A stretch of DNA of 64,000 nt, taken from assembly GCA_902500125.1 (NCBI GenBank), contig GCA_902500125.1_4132.1, one strand, 5' to 3'. A program made the translations under genes and the position numbers. How positions within the stretch are numbered: position 1 is the stretch's first letter; the number at the start of each line of letters is the position of its first letter. Origin of the DNA: Escherichia coli. GTDB taxonomy: Bacteria > Pseudomonadota > Gammaproteobacteria > Enterobacterales > Enterobacteriaceae. This document shows positions 28,757 through 37,835 of the stretch, piece by piece. Under the pieces are notes generated by a model that searched no databases, was not told the DNA's origin, and saw only the letters and a list, made by a program, of their open reading frames with translations.

Positions 28757-28969
28757 ATGAAAACTATGAACATTCATCAGTACTACTTGGATATTCTCCC
28801 TAAAGATGTACAGTTCATCCTTAAACAAGAATACAGTACTTTAAAAAACCTTAAAAGAACCGCACCGAATGTATTAATCCTGCACCAAGAAAATGTAGTT
28901 GATAATATTCTACAAGGTGTACCAGGAACCGAGTACTTTAACATAATAAGGCTAATTACATTACCATGA
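28757..28969 (+). CDS. family A small tandem paralog
   Basis: Track ORF. Confidence 0.55.
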   Translation: MKTMNIHQYYLDILPKDVQFILKQEYSTLKNLKRTAPNVLILHQENVVDNILQGVPGTEYFNIIRLITLP

Positions 28970-29151
28970 ATCATATATTATACTATTACCAAAATCTATC
29001 CGACAGGGACAAGTACACCCACAACTCCCATGTATGGTACTACAAACGCGGTAGTATAAGGGACAAACAACATTACTTCAGTACTGCTATAAAAGAAACA
29101 CTAACAACTAAGTACACGTACAGAGCAGTACTGAAACTTATTGATATGTAA
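28966..29151 (+). CDS. family A small tandem paralog
   Basis: Track ORF; ATGA overlap. Confidence 0.55.
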   Translation: MNHILYYYQNLSDRDKYTHNSHVWYYKRGSIRDKQHYFSTAIKETLTTKYTYRAVLKLIDM

Positions 29152-29161
29152 AGAGAATACT

Positions 29162-29347
29162 ATGAATACATTTGAGTACTATACAAATAAACTATCTATG
29201 CCAGAAAGATCTCATCTCTATGTGTGGAGAAATGCGTATAAAAGCGGCAATAAACTTATACAAAGAAATTCCCTTACAGTGTGTACAAATTTAATTAAAG
29301 CAGAGTACCGCACATATATTGAAGTACTGAAACTAATCTCTATCTAA
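29162..29347 (+). CDS. family A small tandem paralog
   Basis: Internal ATG (MNTFEYY) of track ORF 29141..29347. Confidence 0.5.
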   Translation: MNTFEYYTNKLSMPERSHLYVWRNAYKSGNKLIQRNSLTVCTNLIKAEYRTYIEVLKLISI

Positions 29348-29355
29348 GGTACTCT

Positions 29356-29535
29356 ATGCAAGAATTCTATATCTATAAACTTCAGCACAAAGATAGATAC
29401 AACTATAATAAATTCCAAAGGTACTACACAGTCGGGAACAAAAGAGATAAAAAACGATACTTTCTATCATGTACAGTAGAAGCACAAAACGAAAAGTACA
29501 CGTACAGAGAAGTACTGAAACTCATCTCTATGTAA
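29356..29535 (+). CDS. family A small tandem paralog (59 aa)
   Basis: MQEFYIYKL..VLKLISM; below track cutoff. Confidence 0.45.
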   Translation: MQEFYIYKLQHKDRYNYNKFQRYYTVGNKRDKKRYFLSCTVEAQNEKYTYREVLKLISM

Positions 29536-29543
29536 GGAATAAT

Positions 29544-29723
29544 ATGCAAGAATACTATATAGAACACATAAACATTAAAGACCGTTTCATGTACGACACC
29601 TTCGTGAAGTACTACAACCTGGCAACTAACAGTACTAAAAATATTAATCTCAATAGCTGCATTCATCACGCACTAACAAAAGATAATCCCTTCAGGGAAA
29701 TCCTCGCACTAGCATCTGTATAA
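29544..29723 (+). CDS. family A small tandem paralog
   Basis: Internal ATG (MQEYYIEH) of track ORF 29469..29723. Confidence 0.5.
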   Translation: MQEYYIEHINIKDRFMYDTFVKYYNLATNSTKNINLNSCIHHALTKDNPFREILALASV

Positions 29724-29733
29724 AGGAAACCAA

Positions 29734-30393
29734 ATGAAACTTAATGCACACAGCAAACAATACCTTAAGCACTTTAAGTACCTCAACAGTATTCAAGCAG
29801 AATCTATTACATCTGCATATACGTATCACCCTAATGTACTAAAGAAACGAAATAAAAAGAAAAAATCCAGAAATGTTCTCGTATCTAAGAACCTCAAATC
29901 GTACTTGAAGAAAAATAATATAGCTCTTGCTTTTATTAATATCTATCATACTGATTTAAAAGTATTGAGTACTAATACCAGCACAAAAGCACTAAAGAAT
30001 GCATCTATCTATATACACATGGATAATATCCCGTGCACTATAATTCTATCTTTCGGGAATGTATACTTCTTCGGGAATTGTAATAGCACCCATGATATCA
30101 GTACTGCACAATTCCAAATCGGCGATATGTACTGCATGGGTTCAGAAAAAATACACGATAACATGCACTTCTTCCAAAAGCAACGTACTAACGAAACTGA
30201 TACAGTACTGCAATTCCTCAAAGAACTACAAAACAAAGAATTAACACCAGAAGAAGAATTCATGTACAGTACTGTAATCGATAATCCAGAACTCTATAAA
30301 AACGCGTACAAACTAACAAAACATGTACAGGAACTTATCAGTACTGATAAGAAATTTCATAACCTCATTACGTATATTACAAACTATGTATAA
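29734..30393 (+). CDS. hypothetical protein (219 aa) embedded in family A array
   Basis: Track ORF. Confidence 0.55.
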   Translation: MKLNAHSKQYLKHFKYLNSIQAESITSAYTYHPNVLKKRNKKKKSRNVLVSKNLKSYLKKNNIALAFINIYHTDLKVLSTNTSTKALKNASIYIHMDNIPCTIILSFGNVYFFGNCNSTHDISTAQFQIGDMYCMGSEKIHDNMHFFQKQRTNETDTVLQFLKELQNKELTPEEEFMYSTVIDNPELYKNAYKLTKHVQELISTDKKFHNLITYITNYV

Positions 30394-30571
30394 AGAATAC
30401 TACATAGAGAAACTCCCAATGTATCTCCAACACCTTCTACCAACAGAACCATTGGGTATAGAAAAAAACTACGAAAAAGACTACTTCATTCAGTGCACTA
30501 AATCCTCGATATATATTGAAGACTATAATCGAGTACTGTATCACATCCTTTTACTAATATATAGGTACTAA
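30386..30571 (+). CDS. family A small tandem paralog
   Basis: Internal ATG (MYKEYYIEKL) of track ORF 30323..30571; ends LLIYRY. Confidence 0.5.
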   Translation: MYKEYYIEKLPMYLQHLLPTEPLGIEKNYEKDYFIQCTKSSIYIEDYNRVLYHILLLIYRY

Positions 30572-30572
30572 T

Positions 30573-30755
30573 ATGCACAAAGAATACTACACACAATTTC
30601 TCCCCAGCATTTTTGAACACTACGCCAGATACAAAGTCCCTATGGATAACGATTTGGCAGTACTGGGATTCAATAACTGCATAGAACGAAGTATAGAAAA
30701 TAGTAGTAGTTATGACCAGCTATATAACACTATCCTACTTATATTCAGGTACTAA
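30573..30755 (+). CDS. family A small tandem paralog
   Basis: Track ORF; MHKEYYTQF..LLIFRY. Confidence 0.55.
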   Translation: MHKEYYTQFLPSIFEHYARYKVPMDNDLAVLGFNNCIERSIENSSSYDQLYNTILLIFRY

Positions 30756-30756
30756 T

Positions 30757-30945
30757 ATGCATAAAGAATACTACACAAAATATTTCCCAATGTACCTCAG
30801 TACTAATCTATTAGATAAACCTCGCGGTATCAATGCACAAAACGATAAAGTGTACTTTACTATGTGCACTAAAGCATGTATACTAGATTTTGACAGCTAT
30901 CATCGAGTACTGTATCATACCCTGTACCTAGCTTTCGTATTCTAA
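30757..30945 (+). CDS. family A small tandem paralog
   Basis: Internal ATG (MHKEYYTKY) of track ORF 30712..30945. Confidence 0.5.
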   Translation: MHKEYYTKYFPMYLSTNLLDKPRGINAQNDKVYFTMCTKACILDFDSYHRVLYHTLYLAFVF

Positions 30946-30954
30946 AAGAACAAT

Positions 30955-31140
30955 ATGCATAAAGAATTCTACTTAAGCCATCTCGATCTAAACTCCCAAA
31001 TGCTTATACCACTAATCCCAATAGATATCAAGGATAAGAAAAATACCGAACAATTCATTTACCATACACAGTGTGCGATCACCCCAAATTACATTCCATA
31101 TGAATTGTACTACATTATCGCCCTAATATATAGGTACTAA
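30955..31140 (+). CDS. family A small tandem paralog
   Basis: Track ORF; ends ALIYRY. Confidence 0.55.
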   Translation: MHKEFYLSHLDLNSQMLIPLIPIDIKDKKNTEQFIYHTQCAITPNYIPYELYYIIALIYRY

Positions 31141-31141
31141 T

Positions 31142-31327
31142 ATGCATAGAGAATACTACACACAATTTGTTAAAGGGAACTACAAACATGCCGTACCCAG
31201 AACCCCTTTAAATTCTCATGACCCAAGTACTATATTCTTGTTTAATGACGCAATACGTACAGTACTCAATACTAAAGATGAACAAGTGCAGTACGTATTC
31301 TTACTATTACTTATATACAGACACTAA
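31142..31327 (+). CDS. family A small tandem paralog
   Basis: Track ORF; ends LLLIYRH. Confidence 0.55.
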   Translation: MHREYYTQFVKGNYKHAVPRTPLNSHDPSTIFLFNDAIRTVLNTKDEQVQYVFLLLLIYRH

Positions 31328-31332
31328 CTAAT

Positions 31333-31542
31333 ATGAATAAAGAACATAAAGAATACTACTCCAAACACCTCAGCCCCTCAGAACAAATGTTTCTAAGGAC
31401 TACTCCACCTTTAAGTACTAATACATTTTTCGGCAGAGTATGCTACAATAATTGTATTCAAATGACTTTAAACGCAAACGAAGATGGTAACAGTACTAAC
31501 CTGTACTCAGGTATCATAGGTATACTATTCCTGTATGAATAA
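31333..31542 (+). CDS. family A small tandem paralog
   Basis: Track ORF; near-duplicate of 28349..28558. Confidence 0.55.
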   Translation: MNKEHKEYYSKHLSPSEQMFLRTTPPLSTNTFFGRVCYNNCIQMTLNANEDGNSTNLYSGIIGILFLYE

Positions 31543-31723
31543 TTACAAAGACTTCTATTTGAATACACTACCTACTGTACTTTCTCTAAGTGCTCAATGT
31601 AAAATCCCGCTGGATAATGCTTACGCCAGATATAGCTATTCCATAACTGTTAATCGATGTATAGAGAATCATTGCAGTACTAACCAGTACTATAACATAA
31701 TCCTACTTATATTCAGGTACTAA
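31535..31723 (+). CDS. family A small tandem paralog
   Basis: Track ORF; ends LLIFRY. Confidence 0.55.
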   Translation: MNNYKDFYLNTLPTVLSLSAQCKIPLDNAYARYSYSITVNRCIENHCSTNQYYNIILLIFRY

Positions 31724-31724
31724 T

Positions 31725-31907
31725 ATGAATAAAGAACATAAAGAATTCTATATACGAAAACTAACATTCGTCCCCGTAAGAATATATAAAGAATGCGACC
31801 CAAGATTATACCTATGGCACTTCAATGAGTGCATAAAAGATTCTATATACCATAAGAACTATAAAGAACAATTGTGCTCAGTACTAACACTAGTACTATC
31901 ATATTAA
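31725..31907 (+). CDS. family A small tandem paralog
   Basis: Track ORF. Confidence 0.55.
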   Translation: MNKEHKEFYIRKLTFVPVRIYKECDPRLYLWHFNECIKDSIYHKNYKEQLCSVLTLVLSY

Positions 31908-31922
31908 TTAATAGAGAATACT

Positions 31923-32114
31923 ATGTATAAAAACTTCTATATAAGTAAACTAAAAGAAAATGAACAAGTATGGATTAGATCTATAATTCCACTGGCATTT
32001 AATAGATATGCATTTAACAGATGTACCGAGATTGCTATAGACCCTTATAATATTAAAGAGAATGTACAGTATAATCAGTACTACTATATCTTAATGCTTA
32101 TATATAGAAAGTAA
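31923..32114 (+). CDS. family A small tandem paralog
   Basis: Track ORF; ends MLIYRK. Confidence 0.55.
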   Translation: MYKNFYISKLKENEQVWIRSIIPLAFNRYAFNRCTEIAIDPYNIKENVQYNQYYYILMLIYRK

Positions 32115-32127
32115 TTAAACACATAGA

Positions 32128-32218
32128 GACAGGGGAAGCTCCTAGTGAACAACCTTTATGTACAGGCGAATTGTTAAAATTCAGCCTGGACAAATGCGAT
32201 CACTAGGATTCTCCCCAG
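32128..32218. repeat. imperfect long inverted repeat
   Basis: GGGGAAGCTCCTAGTG ... CACTAGGATTCTCCCC arms enclosing about 60 nt. Confidence 0.35.
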
Positions 32219-32762
32219 GCTAAACCCCGTAATCATAGGTAGTCATAAGTAATCATATATAAACATTTATATGAGCACCGTAGAATCACAGAATGATTAT
32301 ATATGATTCAGTACTGATTAGTATAGACAAGATTGCTCAAGAATGCACGGAAATGTGTGTGAATGATTATATATGATTCAGTACTGATATGCCACTAAGT
32401 AGGCAGAGGAAGTCTGCCGTACTTTGTAGTTTCCAAGCTCCTTTTCCATTTTGCAAATTACATCAAATGTAATCAAAAGTAATCACACAATGATTAGTAC
32501 TGAATTATTACTTTCACCTTAATTACAATTACCCTTTTACCCTTCGGGGTAAAATTCCATTACCCCTTGAGGCTCCAGCAAAAAGTTGGTTAGTACTCCA
32601 TCCTAAATCTCGATCCTAAAAATTTTGGAGTACCTATGAAATAAAAGTTGGATCTTCGAAAGTTGAAATTTACGTTGGGACGTTTATGATTTGTGGGATA
32701 TAATGATGTTTGTAGTCGGGTAGTTCTCAAGAATATCAGTACTGAATAATGAAAGAAAGCTA

Positions 32763-32790
32763 TTGACATTATGATTCAGTACTGTATAAT
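32763..32790 (+). promoter_or_regulatory. sigma70-like promoter in non-coding island
   Basis: TTGACA-N16-TATAAT with no ORF downstream. Confidence 0.45.
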
Positions 32791-32796
32791 GTTCTA

Positions 32797-32912
32797 CATA
32801 GAGAGATGAGTTGCCGCAAACAATTCATTCACTCTACCTCCTGTCGTGAGACAGTACTGAAAGGATAGTTCCTCCTATGGGTGGTACATCTTTTTATAAC
32901 CTCTTTTTTCGT
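32797..32912 (+). ncRNA. candidate small RNA
   Basis: Promoter upstream, no ATG-initiated ORF, GNRA-loop hairpin CTGTC-GTGA-GACAG, T-run at 3' end. Confidence 0.25.
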
Positions 32913-33180
32913 AATATAAACAGTACTGATATTAACAGAATGGTGTCAGTACTGATTTTAATCTAAAGCATTATGCCACCAGCTTGTGCTGGTGGATTCC
33001 CTCTAACAGTATTCAGTACTACATGATGGTCTTCATCCTCCTAGGGTAACATAGTGAGGGCTATGATGGCAGTACTGAATACTCCCTTTCAAAAGATAGA
33101 TCTATGGTATAGTACTGACGGATTTTGGGTGTAGTTACCCTGGGTGGATTTTGGACGTAGATATGTCTAGCCCTCCAGAA

Positions 33181-33332
33181 GTCTGGAAGTAAAGATGGCT
33201 ATCCATCTAGACGGCTAAACGGCTAGATTTCTGGATGGCTGGATGGCTAGATTTCTGGATGGCTGGATGGCTAGACGTTTGGACGGCTAAACGGCTAGAT
33301 GGTTACACGTCTGGAAGTATAGACGGCTAAAT
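33181..33332. repeat. iteron-like short direct repeats
   Basis: GGATGGCT/GACGGCTA units; 24-bp ATTTCTGGATGGCTGGATGGCTAG duplicated in tandem; flanked by GTCTGGAAGTA. Confidence 0.55.
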
Positions 33333-33949
33333 CAAAATTTTATTTTGTTTTTTCCAATAGTTCCCCTACCGCGTGGGGATAGTTTCCCCGCAGTATCTGG
33401 AGTTAGATTTTTCTGAATCTGGAATCATTATCTTATAAACTGGGGGCAATGTCAACGGCCTGGACGGATATTTTTAAAAATTTTTTCAGTACTGAATTTT
33501 GGGCGTAACTATGCACCCGGTGGGCTTGAGTCTTTCTCGACTTGATGGAACTATTATACAGTACTGAAAAAATAAAGCAATACCCTGGAAGCAAAAAAAT
33601 TTTAATTAATTTGCTTGCTATCCTGGGCCGGACTATGGTACTATATTTCAGTACTGAGAAAGTGCGTTTGCCTGCTAGGGTGCGGGAGTGTATCCTTTTT
33701 TTATATCTTGAATTTTGGGCGTAATTCCGCACCCCCTGGGGTTTCCGCTTTCTCGCGTCTATGTAGTAATTATACGCTTTTTCAGGATCAAGTCAATACC
33801 TAAAAACAAAATAATTGAAAATAATTTAACGCGTTTAAACGGCCCGTAAAGCCCTGGAATGATTAGAATGGTGCAAATGTATAGCTTAGGTGTATTAATG
33901 CGTTAGAATGCGTCTGAGGCCGTTTTACGGGGTATAGGGATGATTTAGT

Positions 33950-34110
33950 GGATTGATTCAGTACTGAATAATAGTACTCCTATATAGAAAGATAGTTCCC
34001 CTGGATTGATTCAGTACTGAATAATAGTACTCCTATATAGAAAGATAGTTCCCCTGGATGGTTGCAGTACTGAATGATAGTACTGAATAATAGTTCCCCT
34101 ATATAGAAAG
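33950..34110. repeat. 53-bp direct repeat, two copies plus partial third
   Basis: GGATTGATTCAGTACTGAATAATAGTACTCCTATATAGAAAGATAGTTCCCCT repeated in tandem. Confidence 0.6.
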
Positions 34111-34142
34111 AAAACTATTTTAAAAGTATTTGTAGAAAGTAC

Positions 34143-34202
34143 TTGCAAACTAAGTTTAACGGCGTATAATGTTTTACATCGAGAGCGGGAACACTTCCCG
34201 CT
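34143..34202 (+). promoter_or_regulatory. promoter plus leader hairpin unit
   Basis: TTGCAA-N16-TATAAT then AGCGGGA-loop-TCCCGCT hairpin. Confidence 0.55.
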
Positions 34203-34225
34203 ACATATTACGAGAGATTAAAACG

Positions 34226-34588
34226 ATGGCGACTCAAATCACTAAAATTATTGCTAACCTGGTTAACTTTCGCGACGAGATGAAAGATCTTCCGGCAGAA
34301 ACGGTAAAAATTCACATTTCAGCTTATCGGGAACTTATTGCAATGTTACCGCTTAAGCGTGAACAATACGCCGCGACCGTGATGCTTGATGCGATGATCC
34401 ATAAGATGATCGCCAGTGATTTAACGATGGTTTATCAGTATATGGGCGAAAATTTCGCGGTGTATAGTAAACCAGTACCAGGAATGGAAAGTACAGAAGT
34501 ATTACACGGTTTAAATTTAAAACAAGATGCATGGGATAATATGCCTCGTTTCCTGGTATGGGCTGACAGTGGCAAGATTTACGAATAA
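34226..34588 (+). CDS. hypothetical protein (120 aa)
   Basis: Internal ATG of track ORF 34169..34588; track start lies in -10 box. Confidence 0.55.
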   Translation: MATQITKIIANLVNFRDEMKDLPAETVKIHISAYRELIAMLPLKREQYAATVMLDAMIHKMIASDLTMVYQYMGENFAVYSKPVPGMESTEVLHGLNLKQDAWDNMPRFLVWADSGKIYE

Positions 34589-34602
34589 GTTTTAGAAAGT
34601 AC

Positions 34603-34660
34603 TTGCAAACTAAGTTTAAAAGCGTATAATGTTTTACATCAGGTGGGGAATAGTTCCCCA
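34603..34660 (+). promoter_or_regulatory. promoter plus leader hairpin unit
   Basis: TTGCAA-N16-TATAAT then GGGGAA-TAGT-TCCCC. Confidence 0.55.
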
Positions 34661-34681
34661 CTATATAAGAGGATTAAAAAA

Positions 34682-34921
34682 ATGGCTAAATCAAAAATGT
34701 TCTTAGGTCACAAAAACAAAACTCATTGGAATGTAAGCCTTTGGATTAATAACGATGAGTCATTGTACCGGTTGGCCCAGGACTTTATTAACGATAGCAC
34801 TAATCGCAATGATGCGGCCCGTCATATGATGTTATTTTTAGAACAGACTGGACAAGATAAAACACCGGACGGATTCAAATATAGCACTACTGCGATCCGT
34901 GCGGCTATGGTTGGAATGTAA
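34682..34921 (+). CDS. hypothetical protein, paralog of 36724..36963
   Basis: Internal ATG of track ORF; GHKNKTHWNVSLWINN..TPDGFKYSTTAIRAAMVGM shared. Confidence 0.55.
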   Translation: MAKSKMFLGHKNKTHWNVSLWINNDESLYRLAQDFINDSTNRNDAARHMMLFLEQTGQDKTPDGFKYSTTAIRAAMVGM

Positions 34922-35009
34922 TAGAATAGAATTTATTTAAAGTACTATTGCACGGGGATAGTACTTTATAATAGTGTTTTATTCATACACCAACGATAAG
35001 GGCAACAGC

Positions 35010-35276
35010 ATGAATATTAAGTATTTTGCGACGCGTGAACAAGCTCGGATCGCCGCTCGCCAGGACGGGGCAACGTTTAAAGATATGGGCGTACAATCGG
35101 AACGTGGTAAACGTTGGGCCATTGTAAAGCGTAGTACAGCCAGATCATTACAGTACTGGTTAGCGGCGTTAAAAAGTCCCGATAGTGTATCGCGTCGAGT
35201 GGTAGAAATAAAGCTCGACCGAAAGGGCAACCGCGTGACCGTGTACCGTACTAAAAAGATTGCAGTACTTGAATAA
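35010..35276 (+). CDS. hypothetical protein, paralog of 46942..47337
   Basis: Internal ATG of track ORF; YFATREQARIAAR..DRKGNRVTVY shared. Confidence 0.55.
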   Translation: MNIKYFATREQARIAARQDGATFKDMGVQSERGKRWAIVKRSTARSLQYWLAALKSPDSVSRRVVEIKLDRKGNRVTVYRTKKIAVLE

Positions 35277-35283
35277 AAAGTAC

Positions 35284-35342
35284 TTGCACCGTACTGATAA
35301 AAGCGTATAATGTTTTACATCGAGAGCGGGAACTCTTCCCGC
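35284..35342 (+). promoter_or_regulatory. promoter plus leader hairpin unit
   Basis: TTGCAC-N16-TATAAT then GCGGGAA-CTC-TTCCCGC. Confidence 0.5.
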
Positions 35343-35363
35343 CTATAACCTGGAGTAATGAAA

Positions 35364-35594
35364 ATGACTAATATGTATATGACTGAAGTTAAAACCGTAA
35401 AAGATACTACCACGAATAAAACTACTTACTTACAGCGGATCTGTGGTGTATGGCAACGTATCAGCAAATCAAAGTACTTTAAATTAACATCATATGCAAA
35501 CCGTTCGGATTCATTCAGTACTGAAATAAAAGGTAATAAAGTACACCAATACGGCACTTATTATTATTACAGCCTGGACGCGATTGCAGTATAA
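35364..35594 (+). CDS. hypothetical protein
   Basis: Track ORF 35358..35594; second ATG has better RBS spacing. Confidence 0.5.
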   Translation: MTNMYMTEVKTVKDTTTNKTTYLQRICGVWQRISKSKYFKLTSYANRSDSFSTEIKGNKVHQYGTYYYYSLDAIAV

Positions 35595-35843
35595 GCAGTT
35601 TACAAATCTTTACAATTGCCGGTATTGACTTATTTTGTCAGTACTGGCATAATGTATTCATTGGCAGATAAGCCGTAGCCCATAGGGTGCGGGAGTGTAT
35701 CTATAGAAAAATTAGTTTAGTATAGTTACAATTGTGCACCCGGTGGGTTAGCTGTTGTCATGGGGTATATTATGCCAGTACTTGATAATGCTGTCAATAC
35801 TTTTTTTTAATATTCAGTACTGAAAACTATTTTTAAAAAGTAC

Positions 35844-35989
35844 TTGTAAACTATGTTTAAAGGCGTATAATGTTTTACATCAGGACGGGGAACGAAATAA
35901 GTAACTTCCCGTTAAGTAGCCCAGGAGTAAGGCACACGAAAAACTCCCCTGATAAAATAGTTTGACAATAGAAAGTAAAAGCGTATAAT
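35844..35989 (+). promoter_or_regulatory. dual-promoter module enclosing conserved about 80-nt element (copy 1)
   Basis: TTGTAA..TATAAT, conserved ATG-free 35882-35960 with hairpin, then TTGACA-N16-TATAAT. Confidence 0.45.
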
Positions 35990-36021
35990 ACTTACATCAA
36001 CTACTGAATGAGGGTTACAAA

Positions 36022-36633
36022 ATGAAAACTATCACTACTACTACTTTTGTTATGGCTTTTTCTGAACTGAACGCAGAACAAAAAACGGCGGCTATCGAAC
36101 TGGTTCGGGATCGTGAGCGTTCATGTGAGGATAATTTCTTTGCTGAGGGCGTTATCGAGTACTATAAAGAAACAGTACTACCAGAATACGGCATAGATGA
36201 AGCTGAATTGCAATACAGTGGTTTTTGGTCGCAAGGTGACGGTGCATCAATCAGTACTAACCACGTTGACGCTGAGAAGTTTTTACGCAAGGTTAAGGCG
36301 TTAACGAAATATCGTTCAATCCGTCACCTGTTGAACGAGGATGATTTAGAAATGAGTGTAGAACGTTTCCAATCACGCTACGCACACGAAAACACGGTAG
36401 GCGGTTGCGTTGATACTCGCTACACTGATTTAACTGTAAAACAGGCGGCATTGGCTGAGGATCTGGAAAACTTACTGACTGATGCGATCCGTGAATTATC
36501 TCGTAAGTTGTACCGTGATTTAGAGAATGCATATGAGGATCAATTCACTACTGAAAACATTACTGCACTGATTGAGGGTAACGAATATCAATTCAATGTT
36601 ATTGATGGCGTAGTGGAATCAATCGAATATTAA
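36022..36633 (+). CDS. hypothetical protein (203 aa)
   Basis: Track ORF; GAGGG RBS. Confidence 0.6.
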   Translation: MKTITTTTFVMAFSELNAEQKTAAIELVRDRERSCEDNFFAEGVIEYYKETVLPEYGIDEAELQYSGFWSQGDGASISTNHVDAEKFLRKVKALTKYRSIRHLLNEDDLEMSVERFQSRYAHENTVGGCVDTRYTDLTVKQAALAEDLENLLTDAIRELSRKLYRDLENAYEDQFTTENITALIEGNEYQFNVIDGVVESIEY

Positions 36634-36645
36634 TTTAAAAAGTAC

Positions 36646-36706
36646 TTGTAAACTAAGTTTAAAAGCGTATAATACTTTACATCAAGGCGGGGAGTGGTTC
36701 CCCGCT
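36646..36706 (+). promoter_or_regulatory. promoter plus leader hairpin unit
   Basis: TTGTAA-N16-TATAAT then GCGGGGA-GTGG-TTCCCCGC. Confidence 0.55.
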
Positions 36707-36723
36707 CAAACGAGGATTTAAAA

Positions 36724-36963
36724 ATGGCTAGTACTAAAACTTACAACGGACACAAAAACAAAACTCATTGGAATGTAAGCCTTTGGATTAATAACGGTGA
36801 GTCATTGTATCGGCTTGCTCAAAGTTGCATCGCACAAAGTAGAACTAAAGATATTGCTGCGGAATGTATGTACCGCAGATTAAAAGCCAACGGTACTACT
36901 ACAACGCCGGACGGCTTTAAGTATAGCACTACTGCGATCCGTGCTGCAATGGTTGGAATGTAA
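36724..36963 (+). CDS. hypothetical protein, paralog of 34682..34921
   Basis: Internal ATG of track ORF 36694..36963. Confidence 0.55.
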   Translation: MASTKTYNGHKNKTHWNVSLWINNGESLYRLAQSCIAQSRTKDIAAECMYRRLKANGTTTTPDGFKYSTTAIRAAMVGM

Positions 36964-37020
36964 TATTCAGTACTGAGATAATGGCGGGTAATAGTTCCCG
37001 CCTTTACTGAGGGTTATCTA

Positions 37021-37281
37021 ATGAGTAAAGTAATTAGCTATACAGCACTAAGCAAGTCATTATCTATTAGCCAGTGCACCGATGGTTATTGGCTTTATGA
37101 TGAAACGCGTGGAATGAATTTAGCTATGCGTGCAAAAACTGCTGAGGCGGCGTATCTTGAGGCACTGGAATACTACCAGGAACGTTTAACGGAAGTAGAA
37201 GAAGATTATAAAAGCCTCAAAGCGAAAGTAGATCATTTCGTCGGTCAATTCATCGAGGAAGACGACGATAAACAATACTGA
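37021..37281 (+). CDS. hypothetical protein (86 aa)
   Basis: Track ORF; GAGGG RBS. Confidence 0.55.
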   Translation: MSKVISYTALSKSLSISQCTDGYWLYDETRGMNLAMRAKTAEAAYLEALEYYQERLTEVEEDYKSLKAKVDHFVGQFIEEDDDKQY

Positions 37282-37291
37282 AAAAAAGTAC

Positions 37292-37350
37292 TTGCAATTA
37301 GTTTTCAGTACTGTATAATGGTTTACATCAAAGGGAGAAATGGTTCTCCC
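37292..37350 (+). promoter_or_regulatory. promoter plus leader hairpin unit
   Basis: TTGCAA-N16-TATAAT then GGGAGAA-ATGG-TTCTCCC. Confidence 0.55.
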
Positions 37351-37369
37351 TGGTAATGAGGAAAATAAA

Positions 37370-37591
37370 ATGGCTAATATCACTACTCTTTCCCAACTGG
37401 AAGCACTGGTGAAATCTATGCGGGAACATGCCGACAAAATCGGCGTACAAGATCCAGCCGTTTGCTTCTGCGACGAATTGAATGATGATACCCTGGTAAT
37501 AGCAGAAGTCCAGGACGTTTCTAACTATTCATCGCGTTACACTGGCGGCGTAGCAAATAAAGGCGACTTCTGTTTATACCTTACAAAATAA
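37370..37591 (+). CDS. hypothetical protein
   Basis: Internal ATG of track ORF 37340..37591 after GAGGAAAATAAA. Confidence 0.55.
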   Translation: MANITTLSQLEALVKSMREHADKIGVQDPAVCFCDELNDDTLVIAEVQDVSNYSSRYTGGVANKGDFCLYLTK

Positions 37592-37760
37592 CAACGCGGG
37601 GAGATAATAACTCCCCGTTACTTTTTCAGTACTGAATCATTTAATAGACGGATCTCGGCACCCGGTGGGTTAGTGACTGTTTCGTCTTGATGTAGTAATT
37701 ATGCCAGTACTGGATGCACTTGTCAACAACTATTTTTCAAATACTTTTTATTAAAATACT

Positions 37761-37816
37761 TGCAATTAGTTTTTAAACGCGTATAATGTTTTGCATAGGG
37801 GGAGCGGTTCCCCCTG
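37761..37816 (+). promoter_or_regulatory. promoter plus leader hairpin unit
   Basis: TTGCAA-N16-TATAAT then GGGGGA-GCGG-TTCCCCC. Confidence 0.55.
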
Positions 37817-37835
37817 GTAACTAAGGAATAATAAA

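Noticed and set aside
27920-32114. Tandem array of about 200-bp units could be mistaken for a CRISPR or other non-coding repeat array
   Set aside because: Each unit is a full ORF with start, stop and overlapping coupling; units are diverged rather than identical short repeats with unique spacers.
32115-34168. tRNA genes in the non-coding island
   Set aside because: No cloverleaf-compatible segment or GTTCRANYC T-loop motif seen by eye; tRNAscan-SE would be decisive.
34169-34225. Track ORF starts of the MFYIE type (34169, 39652, 50358) and other upstream extensions
   Set aside because: These ATGs lie inside the promoter -10 box (TATAATG) and the extension translates the leader hairpin; downstream ATGs with an RBS were used.
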